A program made the translations under genes and the position numbers. A stretch of DNA of 63,560 bases, filler included, from Anaerolineae bacterium (lineage in GTDB: Bacteria; Chloroflexota; Anaerolineae; Epilineales; Epilineaceae): the NCBI GenBank assembly GCA_029262755.1. It is 8 parts of 8 records of this genome, joined end to end, with 100 filler letters (N's around TTAATTAATTAA, not from the genome) between each part and the next. Parts side by side here need not be neighbours in the genome. Positions count along the whole stretch, not along the records: positions 1 to 8,434 come from JAJCYU010000047.1; positions 8,535 to 18,375 come from JAJCYU010000049.1; 6 more parts are not named here. One strand, written 5' to 3'. Position 1 is the first letter of the stretch; every line of letters begins with the position of its first letter. Below are positions 1 to 8,559 of this stretch, piece after piece. A model generated the notes under the pieces. It was not told where the DNA came from, made no database searches, and was given only the letters and a program-made list of their open reading frames with translations.

Positions 1-32
1 CCGTGACGCGGTGTAACCAAACTCAGCGGCAC

Positions 33-67
33 CGCCCGCGCCCGGGAAACCGGGCGTGCGGCGTTTT
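33..67 (+). terminator. Rho-independent terminator after an upstream gene whose last codons (..R-D-A-V-TAA, stop 14-16) are at the contig start
   Basis: Stem CGCGCCCGG / GAAA loop / CCGGGCGTG, followed by TTTT at 64-67. Confidence 0.65.
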
Positions 68-91
68 CACCAGCGAACAGGAGGGCGGATC

Positions 92-664
92 ATGCCAGAT
101 TCATACGGACCGGGAGCCGCATCCAAACTCCGCAGGGCGAGGGAAGCGAACGTAGCGACGACGGACTACGCCGTCACCCCCGGCACCCAGCTCGCCGAGG
201 GGTCGTTGCCCGATTGGTTCCATGACTCGTTCGGCCACATCGGGCTGTTCCCGATCCGTGCGTACGGCATCGGCTCAGCGGCGGACACATTCAAGTTCCG
301 GTTGCTGGGCGCGTGGGCGCAGTCCGTGACAACGGACGGTATCGAGGCCGTGGTGTATGACATCGCGGTTATCGCGGAGTTCACCGCGACTCTCGGCAAC
401 ACGACCGGGACGGCGGCGATGACCGTGCTCAACACCGAGCGGTACGCATGGTCGCTCGGGACGGCTTCGGGCGGTCCGGTCGCAGAGGCGTACGCGGACG
501 CCCTGCCCGTTATCGAGAACGGTGCGGACGCGGACGGGGACAACGCCATCGCGTACATCAAAGACATGGGGCAGCCGGACAAGATCGGGTTTGATTTCGA
601 CATCGACGCGGGCGCGGGCGGCACGCCCACCAGCGCCAACGCCCTGTTCAGGTTCATATCCTAA
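92..664 (+). CDS. Phage hypothetical virion-associated protein
   Basis: AGGAGG RBS at 79-84 and ATG at 92; stop overlaps the next start (TAATG); first gene of a coupled morphogenesis operon. Confidence 0.7.
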   Translation: MPDSYGPGAASKLRRAREANVATTDYAVTPGTQLAEGSLPDWFHDSFGHIGLFPIRAYGIGSAADTFKFRLLGAWAQSVTTDGIEAVVYDIAVIAEFTATLGNTTGTAAMTVLNTERYAWSLGTASGGPVAEAYADALPVIENGADADGDNAIAYIKDMGQPDKIGFDFDIDAGAGGTPTSANALFRFIS

Positions 665-1149
665 TGGCAGACCAGTGGGCATCCATCTCGGACATGCAGA
701 CGCGCTACGACGTGCGGACGCTGGCCCAACTCGTCAGCGACGACGACACCGCCGGGACGCTCGCCGGGAACGCGATCCTGAACGCGATGCTCGAGGATGC
801 CACCGGGTTCATTCAGTCCGCGATCTATCAGGGCCAGTCCTACACCACCACGCAGATGGCGACCATCATCTCGGACGGCAGCCCGCTGCTCAAGCGGCTG
901 GTGTGCGACATCGCCATCAAGCACCTGTTCGCCCGCCGTGCCCGCGATATGCCGGGCGTTGTCCAGTCGCAATACGACGACGCGATGGACATGGTTGACG
1001 AGCTCCGCAAGGGCACGCGGGTGTTCGATGCGGTCCAGAACGCGGACGCACAGCTCCCCGAGGCGTACGCGGTGCCGGTCAGGCTCCGCCCGTCCAACCT
1101 GCCGATCAGTTCCAGCGCCCTGTACCCGGCGGGGAGGCTGGCCGAATGA
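664..1149 (+). CDS. Mu gp36-like (DUF1320) head-tail adaptor
   Basis: 161 aa; WASISDMQTRY..L.QL, LEDATGFIQS, LLKRLVCDIA..HL and YDDAM....L.KG match the family pattern. Confidence 0.8.
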   Translation: MADQWASISDMQTRYDVRTLAQLVSDDDTAGTLAGNAILNAMLEDATGFIQSAIYQGQSYTTTQMATIISDGSPLLKRLVCDIAIKHLFARRARDMPGVVQSQYDDAMDMVDELRKGTRVFDAVQNADAQLPEAYAVPVRLRPSNLPISSSALYPAGRLAE

Positions 1150-1874
1150 AGTTCAAAGCGACCGGCATCAAGATCGACACGGCGGGCCTTCGGGGCAAGC
1201 TGCTGGCGCAGATCGAGCCGCAGATGCGTTCCGTCGGCGAGTCGATGGGTGCTGTGCTCGTCTCGCAGACGCAGGCCCGGTTCGCCGACGGCGGCGATGA
1301 GGAAGTCACATGGGCTCCGTTGTGGGTCAACGACGACGGCAAGGTCGCCGCTGTGACGGCCCGCACCGGCGTGAAATCGCGTCGGGCGCGTGCGGCGGAT
1401 ATCGAGGGCAAGGCGGACAAGTCGATCGCACGGGCGGACAGAGAGCACGCCAGCGGGAAGATCAACCGATCGACCCGAGCGAGGCGGCACCGGCAGGCCG
1501 AATCAAAGAAGAAGAAGGCGGCGGAGGTCGCGGGCGGCGTGCCCAGCAACCGCACCCGCAAGGGCGGGCAGCCGCTCCGGGACAACGGGGCCGCGATGGC
1601 TTCGTTCGTGTCCGTGGTCGATTACTCGGACGGGCTGCTCACGATCAAGGTTGGCTCACCCCTGCCCTACGCGAAGTACCACCACGACGGGTTCAGCACA
1701 TCGGGTCCGAACTACATCCCCCTGACCGACGCGGCCCGTGGCGGATGGAACGAGAAGCTGATCCCAGGTTACGACTACGCGATCGTGCAGGGCGTCACGG
1801 TCCCGGCCCGCCCCATCGTTCGGGCGACACCGGGGAACATCGAAGAACTCAAGGTCACATTCGCGGGAGCGTAG
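1146..1874 (+). CDS. Phage virion morphogenesis protein (Mu gpG-like) with a basic insertion
   Basis: RF..G....WAPL, PLRDNG...ASF, VGSPLPYAKYHHDG and VPARP motifs; ATGA overlap with the previous gene. Confidence 0.8.
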   Translation: MKFKATGIKIDTAGLRGKLLAQIEPQMRSVGESMGAVLVSQTQARFADGGDEEVTWAPLWVNDDGKVAAVTARTGVKSRRARAADIEGKADKSIARADREHASGKINRSTRARRHRQAESKKKKAAEVAGGVPSNRTRKGGQPLRDNGAAMASFVSVVDYSDGLLTIKVGSPLPYAKYHHDGFSTSGPNYIPLTDAARGGWNEKLIPGYDYAIVQGVTVPARPIVRATPGNIEELKVTFAGA

Positions 1875-1877
1875 ATC

Positions 1878-2408
1878 ATGGCGGCATCACTCCACATCGC
1901 AGGCCCGGTCACGATCACCTATGACGGGGAGGACGTTGGCCGCACAGACGGCAACGTGCTCGGCACCGTCACGATGATCGAGCCGAGCGAGAAGATCAAC
2001 GACGATTCGGCTGGCGGCATGGCGGTCGATGAGGTGACAAAGGATTCGTACGCGCTGGTCAGCCTTGTGCTCCAGGCACGGGACGAAGCGATCCTGAACA
2101 AGCTGCGTGCCCGCCTCAAGGGCTACCAGACGCTCGCTGGCGAGGGCGAGGCCCAGCGGCCCGGCTACCTGCGGCGTGCGGACAACAGCGAGACGCGGAC
2201 ACTGAAACTCACCCCCACAAAGTTGACCGCGAACAGCGGGCTCAAGGAGTTTGAGTTCCATGACGCGATCGCGGACGACGAAACGGATATCGAGATCCGC
2301 GAAATCGGCAACAAGGCGTCGCTGCTGGCGATCACGATGAAGTGCTACTCAAAGAACGTCTCGGGTACATGGAAGGTGTACACGCGCAACACGATCAGCG
2401 GCGCATAA
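1878..2408 (+). CDS. Probable major tail tube protein
   Basis: 176 aa, beta-rich; N-terminal GPVTITYDGEDVGRTDG; lies between neck genes and the chaperone. Confidence 0.55.
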   Translation: MAASLHIAGPVTITYDGEDVGRTDGNVLGTVTMIEPSEKINDDSAGGMAVDEVTKDSYALVSLVLQARDEAILNKLRARLKGYQTLAGEGEAQRPGYLRRADNSETRTLKLTPTKLTANSGLKEFEFHDAIADDETDIEIREIGNKASLLAITMKCYSKNVSGTWKVYTRNTISGA

Positions 2409-2423
2409 GAAAGGCAGGGCAGG

Positions 2424-2930
2424 ATGGATCAGAACAGGAACACACCGGCGAGTTTCGGCATGTCGTCGGCCCCGGACACGCAACCGATCGCGGCTGGCAT
2501 TCCGGGCTCGCAGACGATGCACGTCGATGTATCGGCCCGGCAACCGCGTCCGGTCATCACGGGCGAGGCGTGCTGCGGGAAGGCTTCCGGTGCGGTGCCC
2601 AGCGAGATCACGGCGGAGACGACGGACGACCTGATCGTGATGTACGCCAAAGACGAGGCGTACTACGAGGCGTCGGACCCGCTCGGGTTGCAGCTCGATA
2701 TCGAAGCGTGGGCGGAAACCCAGGTGGACGCGGACGGCAACGAGGTTCCGCTGTCCAACGCTGGCATCCAAGACATCGCCCGGATCATGACCCACCACGG
2801 CGGGTTCTGGTTGACGGGCACACCGAGAACGACACACGTTCCGACCAACACGCAGATCTATCAGGTCCATCTCCGCATCCAGAAGTGGGTGGACCAGTTG
2901 GGAAAATCGTTCGGCGGTACGCGGACCTGA
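2424..2930 (+). CDS. Tail assembly chaperone (lambda gpG-like, short form)
   Basis: Follows the tube gene; contains in-frame slippery heptamer G GGA AAA at 2900-2906. Confidence 0.65.
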   Translation: MDQNRNTPASFGMSSAPDTQPIAAGIPGSQTMHVDVSARQPRPVITGEACCGKASGAVPSEITAETTDDLIVMYAKDEAYYEASDPLGLQLDIEAWAETQVDADGNEVPLSNAGIQDIARIMTHHGGFWLTGTPRTTHVPTNTQIYQVHLRIQKWVDQLGKSFGGTRT

Positions 2931-3202
2931 GCCGGGCGTACGGCTTTGCGATCCGCCCCCGGGGTGTGACGGAGGCTCAATGGATGGTCGGGTTGCACGC
3001 CAACGAGGCAAGGGTCCGGGCGCGTGCGATCATCGACCGCGCCATCGCGGGCCAGTACGCCAGCGGCAACGCACCGCCCGATGTTCGTGCGGCGATCCGG
3101 CACATGGATAGCGGGGGCGAGTACGGCGATCTGGTGGCCGAGGAAACGATGAAGGACATGGCGGCACGCGACAAGCAGCGGGCAGCGGCGGCGAGGGCGT
3201 AA
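2900..3202 (+). CDS. -1 frame extension of the tail assembly chaperone (gpGT-like fusion 2424-3202, about 259 aa)
   Basis: Open -1 frame from GGGAAAA to TAA at 3200-3202, which overlaps the next ATG. Confidence 0.7.
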   Translation, partial: GKIVRRYADLSRAYGFAIRPRGVTEAQWMVGLHANEARVRARAIIDRAIAGQYASGNAPPDVRAAIRHMDSGGEYGDLVAEETMKDMAARDKQRAAAARA

Positions 3203-3708
3203 TGGGTGTGATCGAAGACATCTGCGATAACGCAAAGGCCCGGTTGATCGCACGCACGGACGTTTCGTCCCTGTGGTCCGGTGCAAACACCGTGGTCACC
3301 GCGTTCGATTACCCCATGTGGCCGCTCAGCGAGTATGCGTGCCGGTTCATGCTCGGACCCGAAACGAAGGTGGACGGGCTGCTGATTCGCGGCACGCTCC
3401 GCGCCGACATCGGGGTGTTCTCAACGCTTGACGAGGCCCGCGACCAATCGGCGCTGACCGGCATGGTGCTCGAGGCTGCCGGGAAGGTCCATGTGGCGTT
3501 GCTGCATTCGTTCCTGAACGGCTCGCTTGATGAGTGCCTGACGTTCGCTGGCGGGTCGTCGGCCCGGCGGATCACGCAGGAACAGGGCGGCGGCGATGGT
3601 TGGGGCATGGGCAAGTACATCGAATATACCTGGGGCGTCGCAACCCCGGCTGCGTTCATTCCCAAGGGTGACGACGGCACCGGCGTAGATCGGGGGTCGG
3701 CGTCGTGA
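3202..3708 (+). CDS. Phage protein, possibly tail terminator/completion
   Basis: 168 aa, coupled to both neighbours; N-terminal amphipathic helix then beta strands; fold is inference. Confidence 0.5.
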   Translation: MGVIEDICDNAKARLIARTDVSSLWSGANTVVTAFDYPMWPLSEYACRFMLGPETKVDGLLIRGTLRADIGVFSTLDEARDQSALTGMVLEAAGKVHVALLHSFLNGSLDECLTFAGGSSARRITQEQGGGDGWGMGKYIEYTWGVATPAAFIPKGDDGTGVDRGSAS

Positions 3709-4766
3709 GCGATGAGCTGCAACTGTCGGGTGTGATCCAGCTTCGCGTCGATGAGGACGCGCTGCAGAGCGACATCGAAGCATCGAACCGGAAGGCGACG
3801 GACGGCGAGAAGCGGACGGGTCGCGGTCGCTCCGGTGGCGGTCGCGCGTCGGACAGCAGTAGGGTTCACAGTGATGCGGCTGGGATCGCGGAGGCAATCA
3901 AAGGCGCGATCAGCAGGATCAACTTCCCCGTCGTCAGCCAGATCAACAACCTATCTAGCAAACTGAATTCTGCGTTTTCCCCAGCCGCAGCAATCGGTTC
4001 TGGGATCGCAGGTCGGCACGCCGCATCAATGGTTGGGTCGTCAGCATTTAGTGGGGGCGTACACGGAGCCGTATCCGGTGTTGCCCATGTTGGAATCCGA
4101 CGCGCCGCACTCCCTGAGTCTCGCCTTGCCCTGCCCTCGGGCGGGACCGGGGGGGCGCGTCGGATTCCGGGGACCGCCATATCTGCGATCCCCGCAGGGG
4201 CTGGATTATCACTCGGTCCGGTTGCGATGGCTGCGATCGGGGTTGCGGCAACAGCCGCCGTCGCAAAGGTCACGGTCGGGGCTCTGACCAAGGGTGTGGA
4301 CAAGCGGATCAGCAAACAACTGGGGGCGGGCGCTCAGTTCTCGCCCGAACTCTCGATCGTGGCGTTGGAGCGGGACATCGCCCAGCGTGAACGGGCGATC
4401 ACGCGGGGCTCGCTGTTGGGCGAGTCGGCGCGGGAGCTGTCCAAGCAACGCGACACGTCGCTGGCGATCAGCGGTGTGCTCGGGTCAACGGTCTCCAACG
4501 AGGTCAACGAATTGCAGGCCGAGTTGCTGCGGAAGATCAACCCCGTCATCGGCGATCTGGTGGAAGCCATCCTACGGGCTGGCAAGTTCTTCGGGGCCGT
4601 TGACGAGAGCACGTTTGCCGAGGCTATGGAATCGTTGGTCGCAGGCGGCGTCAATGCTGGCCCAGACATCGACCCCGCGTCGGTCCTCAGCACCTATGCG
4701 TCCTATGCGTTCCCCGGCCTGCCGTTCTTCAAGATCCTCAGCAACCTGGAGGACCGAATCCGATGA
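3705..4766 (+). CDS. Short tape-measure-like protein
   Basis: 353 aa, Ala/Gly/Ser-rich and helical, hydrophobic stretch LGPVAMAAIGVAATAAVA; position after the chaperones. Confidence 0.55.
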   Translation: MSDELQLSGVIQLRVDEDALQSDIEASNRKATDGEKRTGRGRSGGGRASDSSRVHSDAAGIAEAIKGAISRINFPVVSQINNLSSKLNSAFSPAAAIGSGIAGRHAASMVGSSAFSGGVHGAVSGVAHVGIRRAALPESRLALPSGGTGGARRIPGTAISAIPAGAGLSLGPVAMAAIGVAATAAVAKVTVGALTKGVDKRISKQLGAGAQFSPELSIVALERDIAQRERAITRGSLLGESARELSKQRDTSLAISGVLGSTVSNEVNELQAELLRKINPVIGDLVEAILRAGKFFGAVDESTFAEAMESLVAGGVNAGPDIDPASVLSTYASYAFPGLPFFKILSNLEDRIR

Positions 4767-6610
4767 GTGCAACCGTCGTCACATACAACGGCGTCACGAT
4801 CGGGAACGTGACCCTCAACAGCCTCGCCGCAGACGCGGAGTATGACCCGTCCGGGGTCATCCAGATCGGCGTCCGCAAGCGCGTGAGCGTCAGCGGGTGG
4901 ATACAGGACGAGAACAGCGCCGACTTCGTTGCCGAGTTGAAGGCCGCGCAGGCGGATCTACTGGTGCCCCGCAAGGCACTGACCATCACGATCGCTGGCA
5001 CAACGTGGGCCAGCATCGGGGCGAGCGGTGGGGGCGGTGATCCCGGCGACGACGGGAGCGCCCAGTTCGATGCCGGGTCGGGTCCGTTCCCGAGCAACGT
5101 GACGATCCCCAAGATGATCGGCGGCAAGGCCGCGCCGGTGTCGCTGATCCTCGAATGGTTGGAGCCGCCCGAGGTCGATACCGATACCTCGGACCCGGTG
5201 ATCCTCTCGCACCGCTTCTCGCAGACGTTCAGCATCGACAACCGGGAGCGGACGACGCGGCAGGTCTCGGGCGCTCTGGTGCTGAACGGGAAGTTCCAGG
5301 ACGTGAACCCGGACCTATTCCGGCACTACGTCCTGCCGCTTGAGTTGGCGGGCTTCCAGCGGCAGAACCTCGAGTTCTTGGTGTCCGAGGACGGCAACAC
5401 GCTGGTGTATCGCTCGGTGGACGTGGAGGGCTACAGGCCGTACCCGGTGGGGATCTTGAAGGCGGACATGCAGGTGAGCGTGTCCACCGTTGGCGTGAAC
5501 GCGACCAGGACGAAGCAGATCAGCCTCCGGGTCGAGGCGGACAAGTACTACCCCAAGACGACGCTGGTTGAGACCGCATGGGATCTGATAAACGCACGAC
5601 TCACGAACGATGCCGTCACTGGGATCGTGGTCACTGAGGACGTGTTCGGATCGAACGCGGTGTCTATTCAGGTGACCGCACAGAACCGGACGGGATCGAA
5701 CGGGAGGGATTCCCGGTATGACCTTGCCGCGACTGGTCTGTTCCGTGCGATCGCGGCGTCATCGGGAACCCTTCCCGCAAATGGCCGGTTCCGCCAGGTC
5801 AACGCATACGGGCAGGCGCTTGTGCGGGCGGCTGTGCAGGCGATGTTCCATGCACCGGACGACGGCAGCCCAACGGACTCCACCGATCTGGCGTCCGCGA
5901 CGGTGGGCCGATACAGCCGAACGACGAATCTGGTGGACACGGACGGGGACGGCTACAAAGAGAACTTCACCGACGCATCTGCAATCAATGCGGTGGACGT
6001 GACCGTTGCGGCGCTGCCGAGCGATTATGACGGGACCACCCTCGACTTGTTCCTGGGTGACAACGACGACAGCACGGACGGTGACAATATGCTGTCCGAA
6101 GATCAGGTCGGGGCCACGATGTATACCCGCCTGAAGACCACGTTCTCAGAGGACGTGATCCCCAACACGGTTACAGTCCCGATCGCGGACCCGGACGCAA
6201 GCGACAGATCGATTCAGCTCGGATCACCCCGCGTCCTTGAAACACACTCTGGCGAAATGTGGCGGGTGGGTGCCCAGCCCGAGCCGTACGTTCCGCCGAT
6301 CCTCGCTGACACGTCACGGAAGTACCGGCTGCTCAAGCGGAACATCAAGACGTTTGAACCGCGCCCGATGGCGGACGGCGCGACAGTCGAGTATGGGCTG
6401 CGGTATCTCTATGTCGTCGAGCTTCTTTATGACCCGTCCGACGCGGCATTCACCAAGGATCAGTCGGTGACGTACGCAACGACCGGGGCGGCAACAGTCG
6501 CGGTGTATGACGGTTCGCAGGCGATCGCGGCACCGTACCAGCCGATGATCGACGATGGCTACGCGGTTGCAGACGCAGACCCATCCATCGACAGCGGGGT
6601 GTGGGTGTGA
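4763..6610 (+). CDS. Phage distal tail/baseplate-like protein, family not recognised
   Basis: 615 aa, beta-rich and acidic; ATGA overlap with the tape-measure-like gene. Confidence 0.6.
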   Translation: MSATVVTYNGVTIGNVTLNSLAADAEYDPSGVIQIGVRKRVSVSGWIQDENSADFVAELKAAQADLLVPRKALTITIAGTTWASIGASGGGGDPGDDGSAQFDAGSGPFPSNVTIPKMIGGKAAPVSLILEWLEPPEVDTDTSDPVILSHRFSQTFSIDNRERTTRQVSGALVLNGKFQDVNPDLFRHYVLPLELAGFQRQNLEFLVSEDGNTLVYRSVDVEGYRPYPVGILKADMQVSVSTVGVNATRTKQISLRVEADKYYPKTTLVETAWDLINARLTNDAVTGIVVTEDVFGSNAVSIQVTAQNRTGSNGRDSRYDLAATGLFRAIAASSGTLPANGRFRQVNAYGQALVRAAVQAMFHAPDDGSPTDSTDLASATVGRYSRTTNLVDTDGDGYKENFTDASAINAVDVTVAALPSDYDGTTLDLFLGDNDDSTDGDNMLSEDQVGATMYTRLKTTFSEDVIPNTVTVPIADPDASDRSIQLGSPRVLETHSGEMWRVGAQPEPYVPPILADTSRKYRLLKRNIKTFEPRPMADGATVEYGLRYLYVVELLYDPSDAAFTKDQSVTYATTGAATVAVYDGSQAIAAPYQPMIDDGYAVADADPSIDSGVWV

Positions 6611-7053
6611 CGGCCCTTGCCTGGCATGAGCATGGCGAGAAACGCCACGCCCAAGGCGATCCATGCGGATGCCTTCGCGGTCTCAATGTAGTTCGTCCGA
6701 GCGAACACGCCGGTAACTATGTCGCCCTCACAGATAAACAGATCTGTGAACGGAACCCGCCTCGACGCTTCGTACTCAAACGAGACCCACCCGAGTTCGG
6801 GAACGATTGCCTTTTCGGCACCAGTGTGCGAGAGGAACGTGCTCTTGGTCGCAACGTCGGTCGCGGGGAGCATGAAGTTAGCCGACATGGCGATGATCCC
6901 CACCGCGATCACCACAGCCCGAACGCTCGGTGTGTAGATCGGAGCTGCCCGGTATCGCGGGGCCACACCGAACGACGTGCGCCGCAGCGACGGCGGCGAC
7001 GGTCTCGGATCACGCCCGGTCGCTCGTTCAAACGCTCTTGCTCCGCTGCCCAT
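6559..7053 (-). CDS. Antisense membrane protein inserted in the tail operon (moron-like); start uncertain (7053 or 7080)
   Basis: Two hydrophobic segments (VVIAVGIIAMSANFML, AWIALGVAFLAMLM); fills the gap between tail genes. Confidence 0.55.
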   Translation of the reverse strand: MGSGARAFERATGRDPRPSPPSLRRTSFGVAPRYRAAPIYTPSVRAVVIAVGIIAMSANFMLPATDVATKSTFLSHTGAEKAIVPELGWVSFEYEASRRVPFTDLFICEGDIVTGVFARTNYIETAKASAWIALGVAFLAMLMPGKGRHTHTPLSMDGSASATA

Positions 7054-7118
7054 GACAACCCGCCTTCCGTCTATCACCATACCGGAACGCCCCAGCTCGG
7101 ATCAAGGGGTATTTTCTA

Positions 7119-8434
7119 ATGGCCCATCTGCAGCCAACCATGTCGCTCACGGTCGGGTCCGAAACAATCGCGGCTGTCAACCCCGATCCCGCGTTGTCCG
7201 CCCATCTGCTCTCGTTCGGATACAACCCTAGCGATTTCAACTATTTGCACTGGCCGACCGGGGCATCCCGATGGGCCGAGGGTAGTTTGCTGGTTATCGG
7301 ATCTGACGTGGCCGGGGACATCGCGGCGGAGCTGCGGAACTCGGACGCCATCCTCAACCTGACATCGGAAGTTGGCACACTCTCGATCAAGAAAATGCGG
7401 CTCGGACCGCCCACCCCGATCCTCACCACGAACCGGGGATCGGTCGGCGGCGGGTTGTACCGGCTCCCGATCTACTGCGCCCGACGCGACGCCCACACCC
7501 GCCCGGCGGCGTTCAGCTACAACCTCACCCAAGACGAGGGCGGCGGGCTGACCCGCGACGCGGACGCGGTGCTCACGGACCTGTTGCTCATCGCTGGGCT
7601 GCCCGTGTCGTTCACCGCACCCGATGACGGGTGGATGCCCTATGACATCCGCTCGCAGGCGTCACCGGCCACGGCTTGGGCGGACACGGTGCTCCGCGAG
7701 ACGGGCCGCGTATACGTCTACGGGATCAACGGCGGCGGCTCGGTCGAATACGACGATCAGCGGCGGGCCATCGACGTTCTGTCCGAACTCAACGACTACA
7801 TCATCTCGGGCAGCGCCCTGTACGCCAGCACCGGCACGACCGGGCACCATGTGGACGTGTCGCCGGGTCTGGATTGGATCAACCACCCGGTGCCCCGGTC
7901 GGTCTCGGTGATCTTCCGCAACAATGGCGACGGCGACCCGGTGATCGAGGCGGCGACCTACACCGCGACCGACGCGGGCTTCCCCGACGCCACCGGGGCC
8001 ACCGTCTTCCTGAACGACAACGCCCCGATCGAAGACGGGGAGAACGACCCGGCTGAGCGGGCGTCCGCCCTCGCTGAATCGTTCTATCGCCGATACAAGG
8101 CGGGCGGGATGCTCGCCCGTGCGGTCGGGTGGCACGGTATCGAGCTCGGCGGCGCGTGCCGATCCGTGACATGGCGACTGGTCAACGGTGTGCCGCTCAC
8201 GGATATGGACTCCAACCCGTTCAGCGAGCCGCCTGGTGCCAACGCGGGCATCGGCGTGACGGCTGGCGGCGGTCTCTGGACCTTGCACCGGCCCGGCGGC
8301 GGGGTGGACGTTGTGGGCTCGGGCGGCGGGTCCGGTGCCGGGCTCGAGCCGTACATCATCGTCGGCTCCGAGTCGATCGGGGAGGATCTGTTCGATTACC
8401 TCGTTGTCCGGGCGATCATCCCCGAAAACTCAAC
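7119..8434 (+). CDS. Phage tail protein, truncated at contig end
   Basis: Long ORF with AAGGGG RBS, same strand as the tail operon; Gly-rich linker near the contig end. Confidence 0.6.
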
Positions 8435-8534
8435 NNNNNNNNNNNNNNNNNNNNNNNNNNNNNNNNNNNNNNNNNNNNTTAATTAATTAANNNNNNNNNN
8501 NNNNNNNNNNNNNNNNNNNNNNNNNNNNNNNNNN
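8435..8534. other. Artificial contig spacer; identical spacers at 18376-18475, 26391-26490, 32082-32181, 42727-42826, 51151-51250, 58259-58358
   Basis: N44-TTAATTAATTAA-N44, stops in all six frames. Confidence 0.98.
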
Positions 8535-8559
8535 CACGACGCCCGGCGCGGCCGCGCGG

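Noticed and set aside
2342..2899. 5' part of the 286-aa ORF 2342-3202
   Set aside because: Overlaps two better genes; only the part after the slippery site is plausibly translated.
8435..8534. Recurring TTAATTAATTAA palindrome flanked by Ns (seven times)
   Set aside because: Artificial contig linker. ORFs running into it and gene neighbourhoods across it are not biological.
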